Assembly (NCBI RefSeq): GCF_004010195.1
Contig: NC_057737.1
Location: 14,128,511 to 14,192,510, forward strand
DNA from: Chiloscyllium plagiosum
Taxonomy: Eukaryota
DNA: 64,000 bases
Direction of reading: 5' to 3'
Positions 12,515 through 25,226 of the stretch are shown here, piece after piece (position 1 is the stretch's first letter; each line of letters begins with the position of its first letter). Both the position numbers and the translations under genes were made by a program. Under the pieces are notes generated by a model, which worked only from the letters and a program-made list of their open reading frames with translations, had not been told where the DNA came from and did not search any database.

Positions 12515-13000
12515 TATGAAGAATATGGAGCTTTTCAGCCTTAAAAGAAACAACTGAGGAGGACATTACATTGAAAAAAATTCTAACTGGAGGAAGGAAA
12601 AATTCTAAATTCTTCACTCTAAAACCAATCAACACTTACTTAAGACTTTGAGGAAGAGCAATGGTGGAAGGAATATGTAAGAAGAATTCAAATTCATGAT
12701 GAGTGTTGTAGTTCTTTTATGGATGACAAAGATGAACTAAAGATGAACTCCTATATCCATATTTATCTTGTAATTAAGGAGGTGTTGTTTTGTTCTTCTG
12801 ACCACCCAGTGATCACCATATGGAAGGTTTGAAGCCATAAAGAACAGGAAGTTACTATGATCCCTGGTTTGTGATGCATTATCTCAGCTGGAGCAGCAGA
12901 AGATTCACAACAATTGGCATTTGTCACCCAATCTCTGCAGCAGGGAGAGTCAGACATAATCTGTGGAATAATTTCCCATGGACAGCTACTGATTCTAGTT
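12515..13000 (+). mobile_element. Possible highly decayed Gypsy pol (connection/integrase zinc-binding) relic
   Basis: Fragments TTEEDITLKKILTGG, KDELLYPYLS and DHPVITIW...PGL loosely follow the Gypsy pattern D..L......GW / L.PY / GHPGI...WPGL. Confidence 0.25.
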
Positions 13001-13040
13001 TATTAAGTTTATTTCAAGTCTGAGATAGAAAAGTTTTTCG

Positions 13041-13112
13041 TAAGGGAATCGAGGGCTATGGGGTTAAGGGAATCGAGGGCTATGGGGTTAAGGGAATCGA
13101 GGGCTATGGGGT
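13041..13112 (+). repeat. 24-bp tandem repeat, three copies
   Basis: TAAGGGAATCGAGGGCTATGGGGT, three perfect copies inside an old LINE tail. Confidence 0.95.
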
Positions 13113-14485
13113 AAAGGCAAGAAAATCAAGTTGATGATTAGCAGATTGGCCATGATCTCTTGGAATGGCAGAGAGAACATCAATGGGTTGAATGGCTGAC
13201 TTCTGCTCCATCACATCTTGGTCTTATAATCACCTTCCTGTCTCCTGGCCAGTGGCAACTTATTCAAAAATGTACATCTGTGGGCTTGATGGAGTTTGAA
13301 TTCTGATGTCTTCATATTAAATAGTCTGTAACACCATTACCTATAAGACTCCACAAGACAAATAGCCATTGGACCATGGTATTGGAGTGTTGCCACTGCC
13401 TGAAATAAACATTTGAATATCAGTTAATAACTGCAAGAGAAAACAAAAGTAAAAATATTGTCTTATTTGAAAGATAGGGCACTGTAAAAGTACATCAGTT
13501 TCATTGAAATAGTATTGCAGACAGATCACTTCACAATGTTTTGATGACATGTCTGTATACTATTTGCCAGCTTGCACTAAAGTCTTTGTATGAAGACAAT
13601 GTACCTGTAATGTATTCATTTTTCAATTGATGCATCAATTTCTTCGTTACTATTAATTCTTGCAAACTCATCCCAGTCATCCCGGTCTACAGATTGTTGA
13701 TAGTACATGGTTACTGGACATATCCAAAACATATATACAGGAGTTCTTCCAATGTTCTGACCAACATTTATCTTTCAACCAAATTTCTAAAAAGTTATCT
13801 TTTTTTTAAATGCTGTTGTTTGTGAGAACTTAACTGTTAATTGGCGGCTGCATTCCTACTTTACAACATGGCATCAGTGATTCTTTGATTGAAAGTTGTT
13901 CTGGGATGTCCTGAAGAGCTTATGAGAAGTATCAGATAAATGCAACCTTTTTTCTCTTTACGGTCATGTCTGTTTCACCATCATTCACCAAGAGATTTTG
14001 CAGATGGGGGAAATACATTATTTATTGCAGATTTTATTAATCTATCCTTTCAGTAAGTTACAAATGGATGTTGTATGTTCTGTTTCAGTTATCCTTTTTT
14101 TAAATATTTCTTCTCCAGACTCTGTTTACTACATTTTAATTTCCTGAATGTGCCAGTTAAGATTGCAGGCCCACTTGAGAACAGTTTTTCAAAGACTTAT
14201 TTAAAAGTGTAACATTTAGGTGCCACCAATGGCACAGTTGGCTTACAAGTGACAGCTGACCCCAGTTCTATCAGATGATCTCAGCGGGAGGGGTCGGGGA
14301 GAGGGGAAAATCAACTAGGGCTCCTATTCCCAATCATAGGTACCATCCTGATTGTTTTCTGTGAAATGATACATGCACGTATGTGAAGCAAAAATGGAAC
14401 TTCACCATAATGATCGCAGCATTAAACAACATGCTTACCTTTACTGTGAAAATTCTCTGTGAAGAGCTGTAGCTTTTCCAAAGAT

Positions 14486-15083
14486 CATAAGAAATCGGAA
14501 CAGGAGTAGGCCATTTGGTCCCTCAAGCTTGCTTCTCCATTTAATGGGATCATTATTGAAACAACACTCTTCACATCCATTTTCCTGCCCATTCCCCATA
14601 ACCCTTGATTCCCCTATTGATTAAGAACTATCTATCTCAGCCTTAAACTTGAATGAAGACAGCGCACCCACACTTGTCTGTGGCAAGGAGTTTCAAAGAC
14701 TCACAAATTACTACAAGAAGAAATCCTCCTCATCTCAGCCTGTATTCTGAAACTATGCCTTCCGGTTCTGGACTCTCCCATGAAGGGAAGCATCCTCTCT
14801 GCATTTATCCTGTCAAGCTCCTTCAGAATCCGACATGCCTCAATGAGATCACCTCTCATTCTTCCAAATTCCAATGAGCAGAGTCCCAATTTATTTAACT
14901 TTTGCTGATAAGACAAGCCCTCCATACCAGGAATAATCTCAATGAACCTTATCAGAATTGCCTCCAAAGAAATTATATCTTAAAACAGGTGACCAAAACT
15001 GCTCACAGACTCAAAATGTGGTCTCACCAGCCCTTGTACAAGACTTCCCTATTCTTGTACTCCAACCCCCTTGAAATAAGGGC
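14486..15083 (-). mobile_element. Older CR1-type LINE 3' fragment
   Basis: IPGMEGLSYQQKLNKLGLCSLEFGRMRGDLIE...ESRTGRHS. Confidence 0.8.
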
Positions 15084-16436
15084 AAGTGGTTCCTATGGAA
15101 TAATATACCAACAAGAATTCAACTCATTCATTAAAGGAGAGGAGCGAATCTAAATGTAAAATAATAACAAAAAAGTTATTTAAATTTCACTCATTTAAAA
15201 TTTTAAAATTGCACTTTCTCAATTTTACCATTGTTTTTTGCTGAGACTTTAAAATAAGATTGCAATTCTTGATCAACACATGTTGCCTATTACAGGACAC
15301 TCTTCCTATTTACCTACTCAATAAGTTGGGATATGCCTAATTTTCATCACATTATTTACAGTGAATGGTATTTAACTTCAGTGGAAAAGCTATTAAACTG
15401 GGCAAATCTTTAATAACTATTTATTGCCCATTCTGAATTGTCCTTCAGCTACTGGGCATCACCTTCTTGAATACAATTCGGTGACTTGTTAAGTCCTGAC
15501 AGAGAAGCGTAAACCGTGGTTACCGTATCCAGAGTCATATGCAAGACAAACTGAGAAATGTTATCGACAGATTATGATTTTAAAAGTATTTCTGTCCCCT
15601 ATTCTCATTACCTGTCCATAATTAAACTGTGGTTTTATTTTCCTCCCTTTATTGAAAAAAAAGACATATTTTCTACATTTCCTCTGTTTGACAACCTGTA
15701 CCTTAAGGACCACAATAACACTGTTAAATAAGAAATAGGGTTTATTTCACAGACTCTTAACTGTGGAAGAGTACTTTTCAACTCACGCATGCTTGCAAAC
15801 ACACAAAGTAAAATCAAATTGAAATAGATAAAGAGATAATTCAATCAGCACAAATTGATTATAAAACAATCAAGAGATAGCAGATAATCAATGTCCTTGC
15901 TTTGAAGATGGAGTCCAAATGTCCAAAACTGAAGTGAGTAGTCTGCAATTCCTTTATGGAAATGGTTGATTAGCTAGTTGGCAGTTGAGGTGTTGTGCAC
16001 ATTTTTTTCTCTCTAAAAATCTCTTTGAAGTTCTTCTGTGAAAGTTATTTTTGCAATGTAACTTCTATTTCACTGTTTTGGCAAACACAAGTTGATTGTT
16101 GACAGATGTGGAGATGCCAGTGTTGGACTGGGGTGGACAAAGTCAGAAGTCACAGAACACCAGGTTATAGTCCAACAAGTACATTTGAAATCACAAGCTT
16201 TTGGAGTGCCGGTCCTTCATCGGGTGAAGTCTGGTGTGACTTCTGGCATTGTTTACAGAAATTACAAATAAAACTTGCTGGCTACGGAAGCCTTTTTCAT
16301 TTTTTTGCCCAGAGTTCGGGGTTTTCATAACGTGAGTAGATAGTGCATGAACTAGAATTGAGGTCTGCTTTTTTGAAATTGCATGGTTAAAAGGCAGTTG
16401 GATTCAGTACTATAGAGTCCTTGAGGGAAGGGTAAA

Positions 16437-17684
16437 CCTAATCTAGTCCCAACTGCCAGCACCTGGCCCATATCACCCTTCCTATTCATATACCCATCCA
16501 GATGCCTCTTAAATGTTGCAGTTGTACCAGCCTCCACCACTTCCTCTGGCAGCTCGTTCCATACACGCACCACCCTCTGTGTGAAAATGTTGCTCCCTTA
16601 ATCCCTTTTATATCTTTCCCCTCTCACCCTAAACCTATGCCCTCCAGTTCTGGATTCCCCCACCCCAGGGAAAAGACTTTGTCTATTTATCCTATCTATG
16701 CCCATCATGATTTTATAAACCTGTATAATGTCACCCCTTCCGATGCTCCAGGGAAAACAGCCCCAGCATATTCAGCCTATCCCTACAGCTCAAATCCTCC
16801 AATCCTGCCAACATCCTTGTGAATCTTTTCTGAACCTTCTGATAGGAAGGAGACCAGAATTGCATGCAATATTCCAACAGTTGCCTAACCAATGTCATGT
16901 ATAGCCGCTATGTGACCTCCCAACTCCTATACTCATGCTCCGACCAATAAAGGAAAGCATACCAAATGCCTTCTTCACTATCCTAACCACCTGTGACACT
17001 ACTTTCAAGGAGCTATGAACCTGCACTCCAAGGTCTCTTTGTTCAGCAACACTCCCCAGGACCTTACCATTAAGTGTTTAAGTCCTGTTCTGATTTGCTT
17101 TCCCAAAATGCAGCACCTCACTTTTATCTAAATTAAACTCCAACAGCCACTCCTCAGCCCATTGGCCCATCTGATCAAGATCATGTTGTACTCTGAGGTA
17201 ATTTTTGCTGTCCACTATACCTCCAATTTTGGTGTCATGTGCAAACTTACTAACTATACCTCCTAAGTTCACATCCAAATCATTTATATAAATGATGAAA
17301 AGTAGTGGACCCAGCACCAATCCTTGTGGCACACCACTGGTCACAGGCCTCCAGTCTGAAAAGCAACCCTCCACCACCACCCTCTGTCTTCTACCTTCAA
17401 GCCAGTTCTGTATCCAAATGGCTAGGTCTCCTTGTATTCCATGAGATCTAACCTTGCTAACCAGTCTCCCATGGGGAACTTTGTCAAACACCTTACTGAA
17501 GTTCATTGAGATCATGTCCACTGCTCTGCCCTCATAAATCCTCTTTGTTACTTCTTCAGAAAACTCAATCAAGTTTGTGAGACATGATTTCCCACGCACA
17601 AAGCCATGCTGACTATCCCTAATCAGTCCTTGCCTTTCTAAATACATGTAAATCCTGTACCTCAGGATTCCCTCCAACAACTTG
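16437..17684 (-). mobile_element. CR1-type LINE, 3' part (continues at 18972)
   Basis: SQHGFVRGKSCLTNLIEF, VPQGLVLGPLLF, SKFAHDTK, VWNELPEEVV. Confidence 0.9.
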
Positions 17685-18971
17685 TGCCCGGTGTCCGAAA
17701 TAAGAGTGATGAACCTTCTTTTCCATTTTTTTCAGGTTAGGGATTTCATCCAGAAGAAGACTGGAATCTCCTAAGCGCAGATGGTTTGGATGGAGCCGTT
17801 TTTGTCAGGTGTGTTCAGGAGGGGTTCCTTACTCAGTATATAGACAGACCAACGAGGAGAGAGGCCATTTTGGATTTGGTGCTCGGCAACGAGCCAGGGA
17901 CAGGTGTCAGATTTCATGGTGGGAGAGCACTTTGTTGAAAGTGATCACAACTGCCTCACATTTAGCATAGCCTTGGAGAGTGAAAGGAGCAGTTACCAAG
18001 GGAAGATATTTATTTGGGGAAAAGGAAATTATGACGCTATTAGACAGGAGTTGGGAAGTAAAGACTGGGAGCAATTGTTCCACAGAAAGGGCACAGCAGA
18101 CATGCGGAGACTATTTAAAGAGCAGTTGTTGTGAGTAATACACAAATTTGTTCTTCTGAGACAAGGAGGAAGGGGTAAGATTAAGGAACCTTGGATGACG
18201 AGAACAGAGGAACTTCATATCAAAAGGAAGAAGGCAGCTTACATAAGGTGGAGGAAGCAAGGATGTAGCACAGCTTTAGAGGATTACAGGCTTGCTAGAA
18301 AGGAGCTCAGAAATGGACTGAGGGGAGCCAGGAGGGGGCACGAAAAGGCTTGGCAAGAAGGATTAGGGACAACCCAAGGGCATTTTACTCATACGTGAGG
18401 AATAAGAAAATGATCAGGGAGAAGGTAGGGCTGATCAGGGATTGCGGAGGGAACTTGTGCGTGGAGTCTGTGCAGATAGGAGAAGCCCTAAATGAGTTTT
18501 TTTGCTTCGGTTTTCACCAAAGAAAGGGAACTTGATGTAAATGAAAACTTAGAGGAGCTGGGATACAGTCTTGACCAAATCAAGATTTGGTGAAGTTGAT
18601 GTGCTAGAAATTTTGGAAAACATTAAGATTGATAAGTACCCAGGGCCAGACCAGATTTATCCTAGGCTGCTCCGGGAAGTGAGAAAGGAGGTTGCTAAGC
18701 CGCTGGCGAGGATATTTGCCTCCTCACTCTCCACAGGAGTCATACTGGAGGATTGGAAGGAGGCGAATGTCATTCCTCTTTTCAAGAAGGTTAATAGGGA
18801 AATCCCTGGCAATTACAATCCAGTCAGTCTTACGTCTGTGGTCAGCAAAGTTTTGGAAAGAATTCTGAGGGATAGGATTTACGACTATTTGGCAAAGCAT
18901 AGTGTGATCAAAGGCAGTCAGCATGGCTTTGTGAGGGGCAGGTCATGCTTCACAAATCTTATTGAGTTCTA
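17685..18971 (+). mobile_element. Internal CR1 ORF2 fragment (end of endonuclease to start of RT), opposite orientation, nested in another CR1
   Basis: SDHNCLTF, KYPGPDQIYPRLL, PGNYNPVSLTSVV, SQHGFVRGRSCFTNLIEF. Flanked by AACTTG at 17679-17684 and 18972-18977. Confidence 0.85.
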
Positions 18972-19440
18972 AACTTGCCCACTACTGATGTCAGGTTTAC
19001 TAGTTTATAGTTCCCTGGTTTTTCTTTACCACCTTTCTTAAATAGTGACACCACGTTAGCTAATTTCCAGTCTTCTGGCACCTCACCTGTGACTTTCAAT
19101 GATACAAATATCTCAGCAAGAGGCCCAGCAATTACTCCCCTGCTTCCCATAGAGTTCTAGGGTACACTTGATCAGGTCCTGGGAATTTATCTACTTTTAT
19201 CCTTTTCAAGATATCCAGCACCACCTCCTTGTAATATGGACATTTTTCAAGATGTCACCATCTATATCCCCACATTCTATATCTCCCATGTCCTTCTCCA
19301 CAGTAAAACACTGATGCAACATACTTGTTTAATATCTCCTGCAGCTTCACACATAGAATGACTTGCAGATCTTTCAGGAGCCCTATTCTCTCCCTAGTTA
19401 CCCTTTTGTCCTTAATTATAAAAACCCTTTGGATTTTCCA
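18972..19440 (-). mobile_element. CR1-type LINE, 5' continuation of 16437-17684
   Basis: IAGPLAEIF..VPEDWKLANV..KPGNYKLVNLTSVVGK, colinear with the break at 17684. Confidence 0.85.
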
Positions 19441-19528
19441 TAACCCTATTTGCCTTAGACAAAAGGTTGAATTGCAGAAAAAACAATTGTGGCCTATCTC
19501 AGAAGGTAAGTGGAAAATAATTAACACA

Positions 19529-19900
19529 TAGACTCATAGAAATGTACAGTACGGAAACAAATCCCTCGGTCCAACTTGTTCATGCCGACCAGATATCCCA
19601 ACCCAATCTAGTCCCACCTGCCAGCACCTGGCCCATATCCCTCCAAACCCTTCCTATTCATATACTCATCTCGATGCTTTTTAAAGGTTGCGATGTACTA
19701 GTCTCCACCACTTCCTCGGGCAGCTCATTCCATACACATACTGCCCTCTGCGTGAAAAAGTTGCCCCTTAGGTCTCTTTTATATCTTTCCCCTCTCACCC
19801 TAAACCTATGCCCTCTAGTTCTGGACTCCTCCACCCCCGGGAAAAGGCTTTGTCTATTTATCCTATCCATGCCCCTCATAATTTTGTAAACCTCTATAAG
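19529..19900 (-). mobile_element. CR1-type LINE 3' end
   Basis: ESRTRGHRFRVRGERYKRDLRGNFFTQR, plus 3' tail. Confidence 0.9.
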
Positions 19901-20910
19901 TCTTCCTACAGGAGAGGTAAAACATGCAATTCAACTTAAATAGAATTTTAAAATATATTAGAGACCCCATTGTGTCATAACAGTTAACCTTCCAGTATCA
20001 TCTGGGACTACATGGGGTGTTGATTGGCTAATTTTGGCTTCCGAAACGTCTGGACGCTCACTGCTCAAAGCTATGTGCTTATAGTAGCCATCTATGGTGG
20101 GCTATTTAAGGTGCTTTTAAAACCATCTCTAAACACATAGAGTGTTATGTATTACTTCAGATTTTTAATCTGTCCATGACAGTAAGGATGCCAGGTCCAC
20201 AAACTCCTCTCATACAATGTCTTTTTTTTCTCTTAAATTGATGCTCTTCTAAATTGCCCTGATGAATGGAAGATTAAAAGCTTTGTCAAAACGTGTCTTT
20301 ATAGCAACATACAAGTTCGATATGACCAGACAAAAATTTGTTTTTTCTTAAGTATTTATAGTTTCGTATAAGTTTAGCAAATTCAATAGATTTTTCTCCC
20401 TTCATGGTTTAAATGGATTCTAAATTTTGTTGGGTGACATGAAAGGACCTGTCATATTATCAGATTACAGCCACCAGATTACGGAGGTTCTAATTACAGG
20501 ATTGACCCTTTCAAGTGCCATTAAAATAAAATGTTCCGTTATATTAATAAAATTACTTTCATAACTTCAGGATATTGTTATGTAGTTTTCACCTGATTAA
20601 GTAATTTTGTAATGCTGTCACTGTTATACTGTAGGAAGCACAGTCATGCAGCAAGCTCTCACAAACAGCAGCATGACCATGTCCAGATTTATGTGTTAGT
20701 GATACCAATTGAAGCATAAATATTCACTACGGCACTAAGTAGCAGTTCCCTGCTCTTTTTTTGAATACTGCTCTAGTATTTTATGTTCACCTCAACCGGT
20801 AGATGGATATTAGGATTTAATTTGGGGAGGGGAGCGGGGGGCAGAACAGAGGAACAAATATAATAGTCTACCATAGTATATACATCATTGATGTGCCAGG
20901 TACACATATG

Positions 20911-21665
20911 GTTGAAAAGTGTGGTGCTGGAAAAGCACAGCAAGTCAGGCGGCATCCAAGGAGTGGGAGAATCAACATTTCGGGCATAAGTCCTTCATCA
21001 GGAATATGGTGTTGGGGGAGGGGGGGGGGGGAGCGAAGGAAAGGGGGCTGAGGGATAAAGATGGTGAATGTAGGGATGGGCAAGGTAGCTGGAAAGGTGA
21101 TAGGTAGAGGGAGGTGGTGGGTGATGGTGATAGGTTGGAGGGGAGAGTGGAGCGGATAGGTGGGAAGGAAGATGGAGAGGTAGGACAGTTCGAGAGGGCA
21201 GTGCCAAGCTGGAGGGTTGGATCTGGAATGAGGTGGGGAGAGCGAAGATGAGGAAACTGGTGAAATCAACATTGATGCTGTGTGGTTGGAAGGTCCCAAG
21301 ATGGAAGATGAGGCATTCTTCCTCCAGGTATCAGGTGGTAGAGGAGGCCCAGGACTTGCTTGTCCTTGGCGGAGTGGGAGGGGGAGTTGAAGTGGTCGGC
21401 CACAGGGCGGTGGAGTTGTTTGGTGCATGTGTCCCAGAAAGGTCCCCTCCTCCATCACCCCCTGCCTCCATCTACCTTTCGCCTTCCCAGCTACCTTCCT
21501 CCAGCCCTAGCCCCATCCTCCTATTTATCTCTCAGCTCCCCCCCACAATTGCTGATGAAGGGCTTATGCCCGAAACATCAATTCTGCTCCTTGGACGCTG
21601 CTGTGCTTTTCCAGCGCTACACTTTTCGACTCTGATGTCCAGCATCTGCAGTTCTCACTTTCTCC
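20911..21665. mobile_element. Penelope-like element: head-to-head inverted pLTR pair with GIY-YIG tail
   Basis: Minus copy 20911-21418 includes LEEECLIFHLGTFQPHSINVDFTSF; plus copy spans about 21422-21665. HHR motifs at 20974-21001 (-) and 21552-21579 (+). Confidence 0.75.
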
Positions 21666-23039
21666 ATGTATACCTGTACAAAAAGAGTGTACATTATTTA
21701 TGTTTCAATTGATGTGAAATGCATCTGGCTGCCAGAAAACGTGAAGGAACTACAGCGCAGTAATCTAATCTGTCCAGATTAAACTTTACACTAACTTCAA
21801 TTAAGATCATTGTTCCTATTTAAAATGCTTCACATCATGGCAAAAGTATGAGAACCCAAATATTTGACATTTCAGTTATTCATTTTAGTTAAAAGCTTTT
21901 ACAAACTGTTGAAGATCTTTTTTTCTCCCAATCAGCTGAGTGCCTATATCAAAAGAGTAGCTGGCAGCACAGATCAAGAGGTCACAGGTTCAATTCCAGG
22001 AGAAAACTGATCTCGGAAGGTTGACAATAGAGTTGGTATGGTAGTCTTCAGCATCCCTGGGTTAGAGATAGAAGAGACAAGCCATTGTCTGGTGGCTGTA
22101 CTACAAAGTATACATGAAAGAGCATTATAAATGAATATGATCACGCTGTTTTGGTTTGCATGAGCGAATGTTCAGAACTTGAGTCAGTGGATAGGGTAAG
22201 AGTGTGAATGGCATAGAGGCTACAAAACAGATTTAAGGGCTGGGCAAAAGGTGGAAAGTTATGTTCCATAAACATCAGTGTTAAGATCATTGTTGTTCAC
22301 CATTTACATAAACTCTACATATTTAATTTTCTAAATGCAACAGAGTGATTTGGGGTTACAGGTACAAAAAGCATTAAACAATACGATGCAGGTTAATTTG
22401 ACCATTTAAATGAACCTGGAGTTCATTTCTGGAGGGACAGATCTGGAATGCAGAAACGTTATGTCAAATTTATGTCTTGTGGCACAGTGATAGTGTATCT
22501 GCCTCTGAGTCAGTAGCTCTAGGTTCAAGCCCTAGTCCAGGAGGGATGATCAGGGCAATGCTGTTGATTTCGTTTTTCTTTATTCTTAAGTTTTGATGTG
22601 AGCATCATTGGCAATGGCCTACGTCTAATTGTCCTTGAACTGAGTGGCTTATTGATCCATTTGCAAGAGCAATTAAGAGTCAGCCTCATTGCTGTGGCTC
22701 TCAAGTCCCATGAAGGCCAGACTAGATAATTTTGGTGAAGGTGATTTTTCAAAAAGACAAAAGGAAGGAAAGGGTGGTGGGAAAGGATTTTTGGTAAAAA
22801 GATGGAAGAAAGCCATGAGAAAGAACACATTGAGTATACATAGGACAGATTCCTAGAACAATATGTTGTGGATCCAACTGGAGATCAATCTATTTTGTGC
22901 AATGAGACAGATTTAATACATGATTTCACAGTAAAAGGTCTTGCAGGAACCAATGACCATAATATAGTAGAATTCAGCATTCAGCTTGATAGGAAGAAAC
23001 AACTGTGTTAAGCTCACAAAATGGTAATTGCAAAGGAAG

Positions 23040-23863
23040 GGATCTTGACCAATTGGGCCAATGGGCCAGGGAGTGGCAGATGGACTTTAGTGAAGATAAA
23101 TGAAAGGTGTTGCATTTTAGTAAGACAAATAAGGGAAGATTTACACAGTTAATAGTACGGCCCCTGGGGTGTGTTGTAGAACAGAGAGACTAAGGGGTTC
23201 AGGTACAAAGTTAATTCATAGTTGCATCACAGGTATACAGGGTGGTGTGGAAGGTGTTTGGCACAATTGCTATCATTGCAAAGATCATCGAGTATAGGAG
23301 TTGGGACATCATGTTGCAATTGTATAAGACATTGGTGAGACCACTTTTAGAGTTCTGTGTACAGTTCTGGTTGCCTTCTAGTGGAAAGATATTACTAAAT
23401 TGGAGAGGGTGCAGAAAAGATTTACAAGGATGTTACCAGGACTGGAGGGTTTGGGTTATAAGGAGAGGCTGATTGAGCTGGGCCTTTTTTCCCTAGAGTG
23501 TAGAAGGTTGATGGGTGACCTTATAGAGGTTTATAAAATCATGAGGAACATGGATAAGGGGAATGGCAAGGCTCTATTCCCCAGAATTGGGGAGTGCAAA
23601 ACTAGAGGGCATATTTTAAGGTGAGAGGAGAAAGATTTAAGAGGGACCCGAAATGAACTGCCAGAGGAAGTTTTACAAAAATTTTACAAAATGTCTTTTA
23701 AATTTTACAAAATTTAAAAGACATTTAGACAAGTCCATGAATCAGAAGCGTTTAGAGGGATATGGGCCAAACACAGTCAAAAGGGGCTAGTTTAGTTTGA
23801 GAAACTCAGATAGCATGAAAAAATTGGACCAAGGAGTCTGTTTCTGTACTGTATGACTCTATG
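23040..23863 (+). mobile_element. CR1-type LINE 3' fragment (nested)
   Basis: LQLYKTLVRPLLEFCVQFW, ERVQKRFTRMLPGL, and tail TATGACTCTATGA. Confidence 0.9.
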
Positions 23864-24917
23864 AATGAGGGCAGAGTTGGCTGGAGTGGACTAGGAAAGG
23901 AGTTTACCCAAAGGCTGTTGAGGAAAAGTGGTAGGATACAAGAAAACAGTCTGTGGATCACAGCAAAGACATATTCTAGTGAGGAAGAAGGATACTAATA
24001 AGGGGGTAAGCCAACCATGTTAACTAGGGAAGATAAGGATAGCAACAACTTGAAAAAAAAACATACAACATGGCAAAGATTAGTGGTAAGCCAGAGGACT
24101 GGGAAAGTTTTAAAAACAAGCAAATAATGACCAAAATATAGTAACGGAGAGAAAACAATGTTTGAAGTTAAACTTGCAAGTAAAACCAAGATAGACAACA
24201 AAAGCTTATAAAATATATAAAAGGGAAGTGAGAAGCCAAAATGAACATAGGCATCTTAAAGAAAGAGGCTGAGGAAATAATGGGGAAATAAAAGGCAGAG
24301 GAGTTGAATAAATACTTTGCACCAGTCTTCACAGTAGAAGACATTAATAGCTTTGCAAAATTATTAAACAATCAAGGGGTAAAAGGAGGAGGAGAATTAA
24401 ACAAGTATGACTAGAGAAAAAGTGCCAGTGAAAATTATAGAACTAAAGACAATATGTCCCTGAACTTAATAAGATGTACCCTTGGATATTAAAGAAAGTA
24501 ACTACAGAGATAATGGATTGACTTGTCATAATCTTGTAATAATAGACTATAAATTCATAAATACATAAAATGATCAAGCAGAGTCAGCATGGCTTCATGA
24601 AGGTGAAATCATGCCTGACAATTTTACTAGAATTCTTTGAGGTAACATGCAGGATAGATAAAGGGGAAGCCGTACATGTAACATATTTGGATTTAAAGAA
24701 AGTGTTTGATAAGGTATCACATAGTAGTCTACTTAGTAAGAGCTCATGGTGTTGGAGGTAATATATTAGCATGCATATGGGATTGGCTAACTAATAGAAC
24801 AGAGAGTTAGAATAATAGAGGCATTTTTAGGATCACAACCTATAACTAGTAGAGTGTCACAAGAATTAGTGCTAGCCACAATTATTTATAATATATATTA
24901 ATAGCTTGGATGAGGAT

Positions 24918-25226
24918 AGTGAATAGCAAAGCTGTCTCACAGCACCAGAGATCCGGGTTCAATTCCAGCCTCGGTGACTATCTGTGTAGAGTTTGTACAT
25001 TCTCCCCGTGTCTGCGCGGGTTTCCTCTGGGTGTTCTGGTTTCCTCCCAAAATCCAAAGATGTTCAGGTCAGATGAATTGGCCACACTAAATTGCACATT
25101 GTGTTAGATGCATCAGTCAGGGGTAAATGTAGGGGAATGGGTCTGGGTGGGTTACTCTTTGGAGGGTCGGTGTGGACTTGGTGAGCCAAATGGCCTGTTT
25201 CCACACTGTAAGTAATTTAATCTAAC
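24918..25226 (+). mobile_element. tRNA-derived V-SINE (HE1-like)
   Basis: B-box GGTTCAATTCC at 24956-24966, V-domain-like TTCTCCCCGTGTCTGCGCGGGTTTCCTC, and a CR1-like tail. Confidence 0.8.

Noticed and set aside
13041-13112. CRISPR-like repeat array
   Set aside because: No spacers; a simple tandem repeat in eukaryotic DNA.
9810-19889. Many 100-200 aa RT-like ORFs as host genes or an active element
   Set aside because: They are frameshifted, truncated CR1 fragments or their antisense frames; there is no intact ORF2.
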